Shown here: positions 29,090-40,035 of the stretch, piece after piece
Position numbering within the stretch: position 1 is the first letter of the stretch
How the letters are laid out: each line of letters opens with the position of its first letter
Origin: Candidatus Latescibacterota bacterium
Lineage (GTDB): Bacteria; Latescibacterota; UBA2968; UBA8231
Assembly (NCBI GenBank): GCA_965217585.1
Contig: OZ244561.1
Span: 4,896,001-4,960,000, forward strand
DNA length: 64,000 nucleotides
Direction: 5' to 3'
Position numbers and translations under genes: made by a program
The notes under the pieces: model-generated
What the model saw: the letters and a program-made list of their open reading frames with translations, nothing else
The model's database searches: none
What the model was told of the DNA's origin: nothing

Positions 29090-29770
29090 ATGAAAGCGGT
29101 TCTATTCGATTTGTTTGAAACGCTGGTGACACAGAAGTATGCAGATCGCCCTACTGAACAATCATTCGTCGATAAACTGGGATTGAATTTGGATGATGTG
29201 CGAACGTGGTGGGGGGATCACGAGAGAGAACGGATGACGGGTAAGTTTGCTACCTATCAGGAAATGTTGTCCGCGTTGTGCGGCTCGCTGGGATCTTCAG
29301 TCGAAAGTGCGACGATTGAGGAAATCAGTAGCGATCGGTTGCGACGTAAGCGGGAGTACCTGCTTGGTGTGGACGCTGAAATGCTGCAAGTACTTTCGCA
29401 GCTTCGTTCAAATGGCTGGACGATTGGGATTGTTAGCAATGCTACTCCGGACGAGGTGGCCGATTGGTCCGAATGCCCGCTCCGCGATGTAGTGGATGAT
29501 GCTGTTTTTTCATGTCAAATAGGCTATATGAAACCCGATCCTGAAATCTACAATTTGGCATGCGAGCGTCTCGGCATTTCGCCAACTAAAACTGTATTCG
29601 TCGGAGATGGAGGATTTGATGAGCTTCAGGGTGCTGCCGCAGTTGGTATGCTGCCTGTACAAGCCCGGTGGTATTATTTGCGGGAGATCGAATGGAATGC
29701 CATACCAGAATTGAGCTGCATCGACAGGATTGACGACCTGTTCCATCAACTTGAGTGTATGGTGTCCTGA
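29090..29770 (+). CDS. HAD-superfamily hydrolase
   Basis: FDLFETL, VSNA, KPDPEIY, FVGDG..DE. Confidence 0.92.
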   Translation: MKAVLFDLFETLVTQKYADRPTEQSFVDKLGLNLDDVRTWWGDHERERMTGKFATYQEMLSALCGSLGSSVESATIEEISSDRLRRKREYLLGVDAEMLQVLSQLRSNGWTIGIVSNATPDEVADWSECPLRDVVDDAVFSCQIGYMKPDPEIYNLACERLGISPTKTVFVGDGGFDELQGAAAVGMLPVQARWYYLREIEWNAIPELSCIDRIDDLFHQLECMVS

Positions 29771-29801
29771 ACAGGATTAAGACGAGACCCGAGGAGGCAA
29801 T

Positions 29802-29937
29802 ATGTACGAGCAATTAGAAATACACTACGAGGGACAGACGGAGTTTGTCGCCACGGACCAGCAGCGCAAGTCCTTGCGGTTGTTCGTCGCTTGTCCGGCG
29901 GGCTTGGAAGCTGGGGCCGACGTGCGAGTTTCGATCA
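29802..29937 (+). repeat. 136-bp diverged duplicate of the 5' end of gene 30344 (second copy 30344-30479)
   Basis: Both copies start ATGTACGAGCAATTAGAAATACACTACGAGGG and end TTCGATCA. Confidence 0.92.
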
Positions 29938-30093
29938 CGCAGAGAGCTCATCATTGGACACTCTGGTAGGAACCACTTGCTTTTAGTATGCTTCTCTGAG
30001 CATGACGATGCCATCCGCATTATCAGTGCTCGTCAAGCAACAAGGAGGGAACGTAGAGATTATGAAGAATACCAAATCCAGCGCCGCGGATGA
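29938..30093 (+). pseudogene. BrnT-family toxin, 5'-truncated
   Basis: IIGHS....LLLVCFSE..DAIRIISARQATRRERRDYEE. Confidence 0.8.
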
Positions 30094-30286
30094 GATGCGA
30101 GATGAATACCAGTTCGACTACGGTAAGGCGAAGCCTAATCGTTTTGCAGACAAAATTGGACCAGATCAATTGATGGTCGTTCTCGATCAAGATGTCGCGG
30201 CGGTATTCAAGACTCCTGAATCCGTTAACCAAGTACTGCGGGCGATTATCACTTCAATGACAATCGCAGAAAAAGGCGATCTCTGA
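30062..30286 (+). CDS. BrnA-like antitoxin
   Basis: EMRDEYQFDY.KAKPNRFA...VVLDQDVAAVFKTPESVNQVLRAII, overlapping the brnT remnant. Confidence 0.8.
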   Translation: MKNTKSSAADEMRDEYQFDYGKAKPNRFADKIGPDQLMVVLDQDVAAVFKTPESVNQVLRAIITSMTIAEKGDL

Positions 30287-30343
30287 GACCAAAGCGCCGG
30301 TCACTCCGGCGACCTCGGACAATACCACTGGCGGAGTTGCACT

Positions 30344-32161
30344 ATGTACGAGCAATTAGAAATACACTACGAGGGGCAGACGGAATTCGTCGCCACGGAC
30401 CAGCAGCGCAAGCCCTTGCGGCTGTTCGTCACTTGTCCGGCGGGCCTAGAAGCTGGTGCCGATGTGCGCGTTTCGATCAGCGCGTTCCATTCCTTTTCCC
30501 GTAAGTGGACGCTTGAAGATCCTTTTGTCGAAGGGGGCGAGGGCGTGGTGGTGATAGGGCATGGGTTGGCGTGCGACTGGACCGATATGACGCGGGGCGG
30601 CGACGGTCCGGCCGGAGGCGGGTTGGTGGGGAGGCCGATCAACGAGCTCTACTTGTGTACCATTCAGGTCACCAAGGCGCTAAGCGCGGGAGCGCGGCTG
30701 GTCTTTCCATTTGGCGTGGTGCCGTCGCCACATGCGGATATAAGTGGTGCTTTGCAAGTGCGGGTGCGGCGACCCGAAGCTGAAGTTTTCGAGAAAGTGG
30801 GAGACCCCATTCCACTGAGCAACACTCCTGGCCCCCTGACGCGGCTGGAAGGACGTATCTCTGCTACGGCGGATGCGGAGGGAAGGCGTAGGGTCGTAGT
30901 TTTCGCGACGGACGATCATCTCAATCCGATAGCCTCCTACCGGGGGACGGTGGCTGTGCAGGCCGACGGCGCGGTCGCCGGGCTGCCCGATGAGGTAGAA
31001 ATTGGTGCCGATGGGCGTGGCGTGGTCGAGGGCGTTGAAGTGCAGGCCGATGGTCCCGTTCGCATTGCAGTGCGCGATGTAGAACGCGGTTTAGAAGCAC
31101 GGAGCGGTCCGGCGCAGGCGGTCGGCGAGCGCGGTCACTACTTCGGCGGCATCCACTTCCACACGCGGCTTTCGGTGGACGGCGACCGAGATCCGCGCGC
31201 GGCATACGCCTATGCCCGCGACTTTCTCAACCTCGACGTGGTTGCGATGACCGACCACGCACCGATTGGCCCCGGATGGGCCGAGTGCTTGGCGGTCAAT
31301 GAGGAATTTTACGAGCCGGGTCGCTTTGTGACGATTCCCGCGTGGGAAAGCTCCAACGCCTATGGGCACGCCAACCTCTATCTGCGCACGCCGGAAGTCG
31401 ATGGCGGCACTTGGCACTGGAAACCGGAGCTTTGCCCCTCGGAAGTGGTTTGGGACCAAGACGTGGTCATGGTGCCGCACCATCCCAACTGCGGACAGCC
31501 CATCGAATACGGCAAGCACCGCGAGGTCATGGGCAAGACGTTTTACTGGTCTCAATACCACTGGGAATTCCCCAACAAGCGGGCCAGATTGGTGGAAATC
31601 GTCCAGGGGCGGGGCAATTTTGAAGCCGACGCGCTAGATGATTACTGGGGTATTCGCATAGGCGGATTGGGTGCTGCGGTGCAGGATGCTTTTGCCCAAG
31701 GCTGGCGCTTGGGGTTTGTGGCCGGGACCGATAACCACCAGGGACACCCGACGCAAAATCCGGGGGGCTATGTGGGGATGACCTGTTTCCGGGCGACGGA
31801 ATTGACCCGCGAGGCCGTGTGGCAGGCGATGGACGAGCGTTGGACCTACGCGACTTCGGGCGTGCCGATTATCTGCGACTATGCGGTCAATGGCGTGCGC
31901 TCGGGCGCGGAGGGTGCGTTGGCGGAAGGAGAAAAGGTGCATTTCTCCGCCAGTCTGCACGGGACCGCGCCGATTGAGCGGGTGGAGATCATTGCCAACG
32001 GGCAGTGCGTCTGGCAGGGCGCGCCCAACGCGTGGGATGTGGAAATCGACGGGGCCGAATTGCCAACGCCGACGGGCGAATGGTCCTATTACTATCTGCG
32101 GCTGCGGCAACAAGACGGGCACCGGGCGTGGTTGAGTCCGGTGTGGTTGGATCGGGTATGA
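30344..32161 (+). CDS. PHP-like metallohydrolase (DUF3604 / CehA-McbA-like)
   Basis: GGIHFHTRLSVDG, MTDH, PHH, GFVAGTDNH, TYATSG, AWLSPVW. Confidence 0.8.
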   Translation: MYEQLEIHYEGQTEFVATDQQRKPLRLFVTCPAGLEAGADVRVSISAFHSFSRKWTLEDPFVEGGEGVVVIGHGLACDWTDMTRGGDGPAGGGLVGRPINELYLCTIQVTKALSAGARLVFPFGVVPSPHADISGALQVRVRRPEAEVFEKVGDPIPLSNTPGPLTRLEGRISATADAEGRRRVVVFATDDHLNPIASYRGTVAVQADGAVAGLPDEVEIGADGRGVVEGVEVQADGPVRIAVRDVERGLEARSGPAQAVGERGHYFGGIHFHTRLSVDGDRDPRAAYAYARDFLNLDVVAMTDHAPIGPGWAECLAVNEEFYEPGRFVTIPAWESSNAYGHANLYLRTPEVDGGTWHWKPELCPSEVVWDQDVVMVPHHPNCGQPIEYGKHREVMGKTFYWSQYHWEFPNKRARLVEIVQGRGNFEADALDDYWGIRIGGLGAAVQDAFAQGWRLGFVAGTDNHQGHPTQNPGGYVGMTCFRATELTREAVWQAMDERWTYATSGVPIICDYAVNGVRSGAEGALAEGEKVHFSASLHGTAPIERVEIIANGQCVWQGAPNAWDVEIDGAELPTPTGEWSYYYLRLRQQDGHRAWLSPVWLDRV

Positions 32162-32352
32162 ACGGAACGAGACGGGCCGATATAGAGCGTGGGATACGCG
32201 TTGCCATCGTGCAGAAGCAGGACCAACGCACGGGTCGGCTGACCGAGGGCGTTGTGCAGGATATTCTGACCAAGTCGGCGACGCATCCGCACGGGATTAA
32301 GGTGCGCTTGGCGACCGGCGAAGTTGGCCGGGTTAAGCAGGTGCGCGGTTAG
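32158..32352 (+). CDS. YwbE family protein
   Basis: IVQKQDQRTGRLTEGVVQDILTKSATHPHGIKVRL..GEVGRVK. Confidence 0.9.
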   Translation: MNGTRRADIERGIRVAIVQKQDQRTGRLTEGVVQDILTKSATHPHGIKVRLATGEVGRVKQVRG

Positions 32353-34046
32353 AAGTAGTAGAACGAATAGACCAAAGACGACCCGCCCACGCCGACGCAG
32401 GCCCCCATGATAAACCCCAGAAAGAGCGGCCGCACTTTCCTGTATAGAATGACCCCTCCGTAGCTAATCAGAATCGACTTAACAAGCCAAGCGAGGAACA
32501 TCCCAAACCAGTCGCCGCGCACGGTATTGGTCAGGGCCACAGCTAGCCCCACCGGGTGCAGCGGCCAACCGGCTAGGCGGTGCTAGGCCAAGGAGAGCAG
32601 TCCGGCGAGTCCAGCGCCGATGCCGGTGAACAGGGTGGTCAGGTGTTGGGGCGGGTGTGGGTTGTTGACCGTTTTGGCGACCCAGCCCCACTTGCTCAGC
32701 GGCGAGTTGATATAGTACCAGCGGAATCCGTGCATCATGCCGTGCTGATAGCCCAGCCATATATAAACCGAGATGGTGGTGACCGCGCTGACGACGAAAG
32801 CGGAGGCGAGGAAGAACAGCAGCTTGCGGGCGCTGATCTTTTCCTTGACTTCCTCAAATACCAACAGCGCGACCAATAGAAAGGCCAAGCTCCAGCCGAG
32901 GGAAAGGCCGGTGGCATGGAGGAAGTACGCCATATAGCCCAGCCCGACGATCCCCATCAGCGCCGATGCGCGCGGCGAGGGCAGGTGTGTGTCTGGGCCT
33001 CTGGTGCCACTGACGATAGTGCGCCACTGGTCTTTGAGGAAGTCGCGCGACATCCACAGCGACGAGACGAGCAGGAAGATGAGCGCCCCCATCTGCTGAT
33101 GCGACATCAGCACCGAAACCTGCTGGTGTGGCTGGGCAGGGAGGTTGACGGCGACGCCGAAAAAGCCCAACAGGCCGTGTTCGAGATAGACGAGGATGTG
33201 AAAGAGCCAGACGCTCAAGAGCACATTGAGGTTGAGCAGATAGCCGAGGCCGACGACGAGGAAGTTGACGTTGATCCCATAGGAAATGCCGATGCGGCGC
33301 AAAAAGATGCGCGTCGAGGGGATGCCGAAGTTGTTAATGGTCTCAAAGTCGAACACTTGGTCGAGCATGTTGACGGTCGGGATGATCCAGGCGATGAAAA
33401 ACCCGACCCAGAAGAGCGGGTTCTTAAAGAGGCTTTTGGCCGGGTTTTCCACGCTCTCGACCATGGCCGTCGGCACTACGGCCAAGGGATAGACTAAGCG
33501 CTCGCCGCGGGCCCACTGGTGGTGGAGCAGGGCGATGAGCGAGAAGCTGACCAAGAAGAAGGCGACCATGAAGAGGCCCCAGAAAATACTAGGGCCGAGC
33601 CAAGCATCCCAAGGTAGCGGCGTACCTTCTGGGGCGCCCTCGAAGAGGTTGCGGATCATCTCTAGGTCGCGCGGGGCGGCCCAGTCGGGGATGTGATCCC
33701 AGAGCAGTTCGCGCCAGTTATTTTCCGGGGTGGCGTAATAGAAGACGCCGGCGAGCAAGGGGATAAAATAGCCGCCAAAGCCCATGGTCGGCATGACCGT
33801 GGCTACCATTAGCGCGGCGTAGATGAGGGCGAAAGTCGAAGTCGGCAACCGCAGGAAGGGACGCAGCAGCGAGAGCAGCAAGGCGGTAAGCGCGACCCAG
33901 AACAGAGCGAAGATGACGCCGACGGTATTGAAGTGGTCGGCGTAGCCCGAGTAGTGGTCGAGCAGTATGTAGCTGCGCACCCCGATGAAGTTGTGGCCGA
34001 CGCACAGCGCCATGGCCAGCGTCCATTCGAGGACGGGTCGCATCAC
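32349..34046 (-). pseudogene. Polytopic membrane protein (DUF6785-like), internal deletion plus in-frame TAG at 32583-32585
   Basis: ORFs 32583-34046 and 32349-32552 share a frame (LSLA*HRLAGWPLHPVG); motifs YATPENNW, ERLVYPL; abrupt junction LLVF|EEVK. Confidence 0.7.
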
Positions 34047-34219
34047 TTGTTGCCCTTGCGCCCGGCCTCCCAGTCGTCGTCAAGCATTTTGAGCAGCGCG
34101 GCTGGGCCGCAGAGCAGGGCTGAGGCGGTGGATTTTTCGATGGAAGCTCGCTGCATGGCGCAGGTGTAGTAAAAAAAGGTGCCTAGTATGTCAAGCACTG
34201 CTCGATCAATGAGGATACT

Positions 34220-34909
34220 ATGAGCGGAGTACTGACGCAGTACCACAAGCACAAGGGGTTGTTGCTGCTGGTGGCACCGGGGCTGGCCTTTTTCCTCGTC
34301 TTCAATTACCTGCCCATGTTCGGGCTGGTGCTGGCCTTTAAGGAGTTTCGCCTGAGCGCCGGCATCTTAGGCAGTGAGTGGAGCGGGTTGGAGAATTTCT
34401 TCCGCCTCTTTGGTGGGGCGGATTTTCCCAATGCCCTGCGCAACACGGTAGCCATCAGCTTCTTGCGCTTGCTGTTTGGCTTTTTCGCGGTGGTCATCGC
34501 CACGGGGATATGGCAGGCGGCTGGCTACGGGGCGGTGATCTACTTGGCGGCACTGGCCGGGATTTCCCCCGACCTGTACGAGGCGGCTGTCGTCGATGGG
34601 GCCGGGCGCTGGAAGCAGACCTTGCACATCACGATCCCGGGGCTGGTGCCGACGATTATCACGCTTTTCATCCTCAATCTAGGCCACGTGCTCAACGCCG
34701 GCTTCGACCAGATTTACAACATGTACAATCCCATGGTGTACGACGCGGCCGACATTATCGACACCTATGTCCTGCGGCGGATCGTGCTGATGGACTTTGG
34801 GCTGGCTACTGGTGCCGGGCTTTTCAAATCGGTGGTTGGCTTGTTGATGGTGGTGCTGGCCAACTCGCTGGCCCGGCGGCTCAGCGGAGGGGAGCAGGGA
34901 ATATGGTAA
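34220..34909 (+). pseudogene. Carbohydrate ABC permease (LplB-like), apparently internally deleted
   Basis: 229 aa; EAA motif present, but the central helices between LLFGFFA and VVIATGIW are missing. Confidence 0.7.
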
Positions 34910-35781
34910 GCCGCACGCGAGGCGAGAAGGTGTTCAACGTCTTTAACCTGACGGTGTTGGGCTTGGTCGGGCTGATGGCGCTCTATCCTTTTGTGTACAC
35001 GATTTCGATGTCGTTGAGCAGCGCTGCCGAGGCTATGCGCGCCAGCCTGCACCTCTACCCACGGGACGTTTCGCTGACCTCGTACCGCATGGTGCTGTCC
35101 AACCCCGAGATCGTCACGGGGTTCACCAACTCGATCCTGCGCACGGTCTTGGGCACGGCGCTGACCCTCTTTTTTACTTGTCTGACGGCCTATCCGCTGG
35201 CACGGCGCGAGATGCCGCACCGCAGTCCGCTGCTGTTCTTGGTGCTCTTCACTATGCTTTTTAGCGGTGGTATTGTGCCCAATTATCTGCTGGTCAAGAA
35301 TCTGGGCCTGATTGACTCAATCTGGGCGCTGGTGCTGCCGCAGATGTTGACGGCGTTTAACATCATCGTGGTCAAGAATTTCTTTCAAGCCATTCCCGAA
35401 AGTCTAGCCGAGTCGGCCAAGATCGACGGGGCCAGTGAGTTTAATATCCTCTTTAGGATATACGTGCCTCTTTCCAAGCCAGTGCTGGCGACGATTGGGT
35501 TGTGGACGGCGGTGGCGCACTGGAACCACTGGTTCGACGCCATGCTCTATATCGCGTCGGACGAGAATCAGGTGTTGCAGACCTTTTTACAGCGGATCGT
35601 CATCGAGAACAGCGTCGAGCTGATCGAGCAGGGGCTGGTCGATCCGAACATCACCGAGTTCACGCCCGAGACGATCAAGGCGGCGACTGTGGTCGTTACT
35701 ATCCTGCCGATGCTGTTGGTCTATCCGTTCGTGCAGAAGTACTTCGTGCGTGGGATCATGCTGGGCAGCGTCAAGGAGTAA
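34903..35781 (+). CDS. Carbohydrate ABC permease (LplC-like)
   Basis: FSGGIVPNYLLV, ESAKIDGASEF, PMLLVYPFVQKYFVRGIMLGSVKE. Confidence 0.93.
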   Translation: MVSRTRGEKVFNVFNLTVLGLVGLMALYPFVYTISMSLSSAAEAMRASLHLYPRDVSLTSYRMVLSNPEIVTGFTNSILRTVLGTALTLFFTCLTAYPLARREMPHRSPLLFLVLFTMLFSGGIVPNYLLVKNLGLIDSIWALVLPQMLTAFNIIVVKNFFQAIPESLAESAKIDGASEFNILFRIYVPLSKPVLATIGLWTAVAHWNHWFDAMLYIASDENQVLQTFLQRIVIENSVELIEQGLVDPNITEFTPETIKAATVVVTILPMLLVYPFVQKYFVRGIMLGSVKE

Positions 35782-35793
35782 ACAAGCCCGATT

Positions 35794-36621
35794 TCACATC
35801 TGAAAGCCGCCGGCCACCAACATCGATACGCCGGTGAGGTAATCGGCTTCTTCCGAGGCGAGAAAGGCCACGGTGCGGGCCACGTCCTCGGGCGTGCCAA
35901 TGCGGCCCAAGGGCGTTTGCGCTTCGAGGTCGTGGACTAGGGAGGCCGTGGTGTCGGCGTCTGGTTCGTCGCGCTTGGCGAGGCCCGCGGCGATGTAATG
36001 GGTGCGCTCGGTGAGGGTGTTGCCCGGGCAGACGGCGTTGACGTTGATCCGGTGGGGGGCGAGCTCGCCGGCGAGGGATTGGGTAAGGCCGATGATGGCG
36101 AATTTGGACGCGCAGTACGCGGCGTAGCGCGGTATCCCTTGGCGGCCGGCCGTAGAGGACATGTTGATTATTTTGCCGCCGTCGCCGCGGTCGATCAGGT
36201 GTCGGGCCACGGCGCGCGAGCAGAGAAAGGTGCCCTTGACGTTGACGCTTTGCACTTGGTCCCAGGCGGCTTCGCTTAGATCGACGACTGGGACGCGGTC
36301 TGGCCCGGGACGCGAGCCGGCGTTGTTGACCAGTAGGTCGATGCGGCCAAAGCGGGCGAGCGCGTCTTGCACCATGCCCTCGACTTGGGTGGCGTCGGAT
36401 ACGTCGGCCTCCACTGGGGCGGCCTGCCGACCGGCGGCTTCGACTTCGGCGACGAGGGCGGGCAGGCCGCCCCAGCCAGACGCGCTATAGGGCTGGGCGC
36501 GCAAGTCGTTGACCACGAGGTCGCAGCCTTCGCGCGCTAGGCGCTGGCAGATGGCGCGGCCAATGCCGTGCTCGCCGCCCGCGCCGGTGACGAGGGCGAC
36601 TTTGCCGTTGAGATTGTACAT
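35794..36621 (-). CDS. SDR family oxidoreductase
   Basis: TGAGG..GIG, NNAG, YCASK. Confidence 0.95.
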   Translation of the reverse strand: MYNLNGKVALVTGAGGEHGIGRAICQRLAREGCDLVVNDLRAQPYSASGWGGLPALVAEVEAAGRQAAPVEADVSDATQVEGMVQDALARFGRIDLLVNNAGSRPGPDRVPVVDLSEAAWDQVQSVNVKGTFLCSRAVARHLIDRGDGGKIINMSSTAGRQGIPRYAAYCASKFAIIGLTQSLAGELAPHRINVNAVCPGNTLTERTHYIAAGLAKRDEPDADTTASLVHDLEAQTPLGRIGTPEDVARTVAFLASEEADYLTGVSMLVAGGFQM

Positions 36622-36715
36622 GAGATTCTCCGCAGGATTAAGGAGTTGGGTGGCGGCATTTCGACGGCGTCGTATATACCAGTCTCTGTGCCATCGGACA
36701 CTTAGAATATGTCGA

Positions 36716-37114
36716 TTACGTCAACTGCTCGAACAGCGTGAAGTTAGATGCTTTTTTGTCAAAAGTGAGAACACCATCACAATTTGAAAATTTCGCTGAA
36801 TGTGCAATTAACAAATCCGCAAGATCTGTTTTGTTTATCTGAGCGGCTGAGAGAGTACGTTGCAGTACAGATTGGGCCTCAAATATCAAAATAGGCATGA
36901 GAAGAAGCTCCTGAAGGGACGCGCGGATTTCTTCTCGTGGAATTTCATATACAGATTCCAATACCCAGATGGTTTCGAGCACGACGAGCAGAGGGACAAA
37001 AAAGGGTTCGTTTGTACTCTCTGCTCGCTTAAAAAGTCTGTACACAATTTCTGCTTGTTTTTTATCATCCCGCACAAGAAAGCGAACAATCACATTTGTG
37101 TCTAATGCTTTCAC
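36716..37114 (-). CDS. vapC: VapC PIN-domain toxin
   Basis: ALDTNVIVRFL, ETIWVL, DLADLLI, TFDK; AT-rich. Confidence 0.9.
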   Translation of the reverse strand: MKALDTNVIVRFLVRDDKKQAEIVYRLFKRAESTNEPFFVPLLVVLETIWVLESVYEIPREEIRASLQELLLMPILIFEAQSVLQRTLSAAQINKTDLADLLIAHSAKFSNCDGVLTFDKKASNFTLFEQLT

Positions 37115-37365
37115 TTAAAACTTGCCTTCATTTTTCGCCTGATTTCAGACTTCATTTGGTGGACCGAAACAGGCTTTCTTCCAAATTTATACAACTTCCC
37201 GAAAATCTCATCTACCGCTACTTTTTTGGTCATAGGCTTTAGGAGTGCTTCACCATTTTCTGTGAGCATAAAATCGACTTTATCGCCTTCACGGAGTTCC
37301 AGAGCATCTCGAACGGTTTTGGGAATTGTAATTTGCCCTTTACTTGTCAGCGTTGCCGTTGCCAT
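37111..37365 (-). CDS. AbrB/MazE-type antitoxin
   Basis: ATLTSKGQITIPKTVRDALELREGDKV. Confidence 0.92.
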   Translation of the reverse strand: MATATLTSKGQITIPKTVRDALELREGDKVDFMLTENGEALLKPMTKKVAVDEIFGKLYKFGRKPVSVHQMKSEIRRKMKASFK

Positions 37366-37394
37366 GCTATGCTCCTCTTATTGAATGTTTATTT

Positions 37395-37410
37395 CTTACT
37401 TAAAAGTAAG
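37395..37410. promoter_or_regulatory. Palindromic operator upstream of the AbrB-VapC pair
   Basis: CTTACTT-AA-AAGTAAG perfect inverted repeat. Confidence 0.55.
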
Positions 37411-37652
37411 GAAAATGACACTTGAGTGCAAATGACAGTTGGAACGTCGGCCTTGAGCAAGTCAAACGCCGTTTCCGTCGCGAGGGCGGCAGATGACGAA
37501 GCTTTCCAGGTCAAGGTGCGCGGCACCTATCCAGCCTCGCTGATCGCCGGGGTGATGAAGGCGTCGCATATCTCCGCTTCGTTCTGGATGCTCTTGTCCA
37601 TCGCCGATAACGGATTTGCCTAGGATCTTTGACGCGCCGCAGCGGACGACGA

Positions 37653-38214
37653 TCAGGAGACCGTGAAGCTGTTGCCGGTGAACGTGGGCAGACCGCTGAA
37701 CTGCCAGCCGACTAGGTTGATACCGCCGTACTGGTAGGACAGTTCGACGATGGCCCAGGCAGAGCCGACTAGGGTGACGAGGATGGCTCCAACCACGGCC
37801 CAGAACAGCCGCCGTCCCTCCAGCGCCGTTTCCTGGGCTAGCTTCACGCCGGTCGCCGCCGAGGCCATCACAAAGGTGCGCACGTCCGCCGACCAAGCGA
37901 AATTCAGCCCTAGAATGGTCAGCCCTGGTGCTCCCACTAGGGAGCTGCCCAGCGCATTGACCGTGAAGACGGGGGCCGCTACCGTGGCCCGGTATGAGGC
38001 CAGGCCCGTCTGGGCGATGATCCGCGTCAGCCCGATGAAGATCACCATGGACATGGTGAGATGGTGACCGCGAAGAGACTCCAGATCAGCAGCGGCGGTC
38101 CCCAGGCACCCCAGGAGACCGGCTCGCCGCCGGCGATGATGAAGCTGCCAAGCAGCCCCAAGAGCACTGCCCGTCGGGATACGCCGTGAACGGCCTTACA
38201 GGGGCTTGTGCCAT
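37653..38214 (-). pseudogene. Collapsed remnant of a second DUF6785-like membrane protein
   Basis: Three joined pieces: GVSRRAVLLGLLGSFIIAGGEP | VSWGAWGPPLLIW | MVIFIGLTRIIAQTG. Confidence 0.6.
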
Positions 38215-39008
38215 CTACTTCTCGCTGTGTGGACCCACTAAGCCAGCAGATTTTCCGGCTACAATCCCCGGCCCGTAATCTGCCATCGCGGTCATGATGT
38301 ACTCGTTGAGCAAGTGTTCCTCGTGCGCAAGGCCGAACGTCCAGATTCGGCGATACATCTCCTCGACGACTGGCTGGTATTGCGGATCAGGGACGAGGTT
38401 CTGCATCTGTCCGGGATCGCGCTCTAGGTCGTACAGCTCGTCGTAGTCAAAGCCATTATAGACAAATCGCCACTTGTCAGTGACGGCGGAACGTTGGATG
38501 CCATAGGTCTCGTTGCCATTCGTCTGGAAGAAGAGCGCATCGCGCCAATCGGCGGGTGTTGCGCCCTTGAGCAACGGCAGCAGGCTTGCACCGGCGAACT
38601 CCACAGGGCTCTCCGCTGAGCCCATCTCGAGCAACGTCGGCGCGAAGTCGCAGAGAGACACGAACTCGTCGCGCACCACGCCCTGCTGCCCGCCCGGCAT
38701 CTTCGCGATCGCCGGCACGTGGTAGCAGCTCAAAAACGACGGCAAGCCCTTACACCACAGGCCGTGGTCGCCTAGGTAGTCGCCGTGATCGGAGAGGTAG
38801 AGAACGATTGCGTCTTCGTACTCCCCGCGCTCTTTGAGCTTGTCGATCAGCCGCCCGAAGAGCCAGTCCTCATAGGTGCAGAACGCCAGGTAGTGCTTGA
38901 TCGCGTCCTGATGTTCCTCGCGCGTCAACTGAGTAAAGCGGTCGCGGGTGCGGCGGAACACGCCCGTTGCTGGTCGGTCATGAAGATCAGTATGTTCGGC
39001 TTGTTCAT
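38215..39008 (-). pseudogene. Sulfatase with out-of-frame internal deletion
   Basis: MNKPNILIFMTDQQR (ATG 39008) joined to the C-terminal half (SDHGDYLGDHGL, ELYDLERDP); catalytic CxPxR missing. Confidence 0.8.
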
Positions 39009-39098
39009 ATCGGTTTCCTAGTTATTGCAAAACAATTCCAAGTTCGCACGCAGACCAGCAACGCGTCGGTGCGCCAGTTCGTGTTGAGCTTGTACTTA

Positions 39099-39812
39099 TC
39101 AGATCGGCCTGGTAGGGTCAGTTCCCAGCGGCACCGGATACGGACGCTGCTGCCCGCGCCGGCCGTATTCTTTATCGGCCCACAGTCCATTGTGCCCGTC
39201 CACCGTATTGTAGTAATGGCCCCCCTGTGCCGAGCGCATCACATCGCGCCACAGTGCCGTATCTAGGCGTTGATAGTGGTCGGCGTGTGCGGCCGACTGG
39301 CTGAGGTCGTGCTGCTCCTGCGGGTCGTTTTCTAGGTCGAAGAGTGCTTGAAAGCCGCTGGCGTACTTGCATAGCTTGTAGCGCCCGTCGAAGGCCATCC
39401 ACGCGCCCTGCAGAAATCCCACCAGCATGTCGTTCGCCGATTCGCCGGCTAGTCCCAAGCCAGGTAGAGGCTGTGAGTCCATGTAGGACGGCACCCACAC
39501 GGGTCTGTCGGCCACTGGCTTCCTACTCTGGTTAGCCGGCGGCCCGTCGTTCCTTTGTGCCCCGTGTATTTGCGGCGCGCCCGGTGCCGCTGGAGGGATG
39601 GTCGATGCATCGATCTTCTCCAACCATTCGGCCGTCGGATCATAGGGATCATGGGGGCCGGGGAACCCCACCATCAGCGCAAAGGGACGCTCTTGGTCAT
39701 ACTCGCGCACAAAGCGCGCCGCCTCTTCGCCGACGAAGTAGTCCCAGTAGCAATCCGAGGGCAGCAGGCTGGTCACAGCGCCGTAGTTCTCGTCGTAGCC
39801 GGGATGCTCCTG
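39099..39812 (-). pseudogene. Sulfatase remnant (middle and C-terminus)
   Basis: PFALMVGFPGPHDPYDP, LFDLENDPQEQ; N-terminus and SDHG region missing. Confidence 0.7.
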
Positions 39813-40035
39813 GCTCCTGGATTGTGGAGGCGGATCTGGGCCTCCAGCGCCGCCGAGCCTCGATGGACCGTCAGGCTGACTCTCTGGGTCAGGCCCGTCA
39901 GCGGCTCCGTCGTCGCCATCGACATAGATACCCTTTCTGGGCTGTCCTCAAGGATCTTCCATGTCCAGGGCATCGCGAAGGTCGTGCCGTGTTCGTAGCC
40001 CGGAAGCGTATACTCAATCCCACCAATCCACCTCC
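39813..40035 (-). pseudogene. DUF5107-like fragment
   Basis: GWIGGIEYTLP..EHG....PW.W...EPLTGL......G.A.LE..IRLHNP. Confidence 0.5.
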
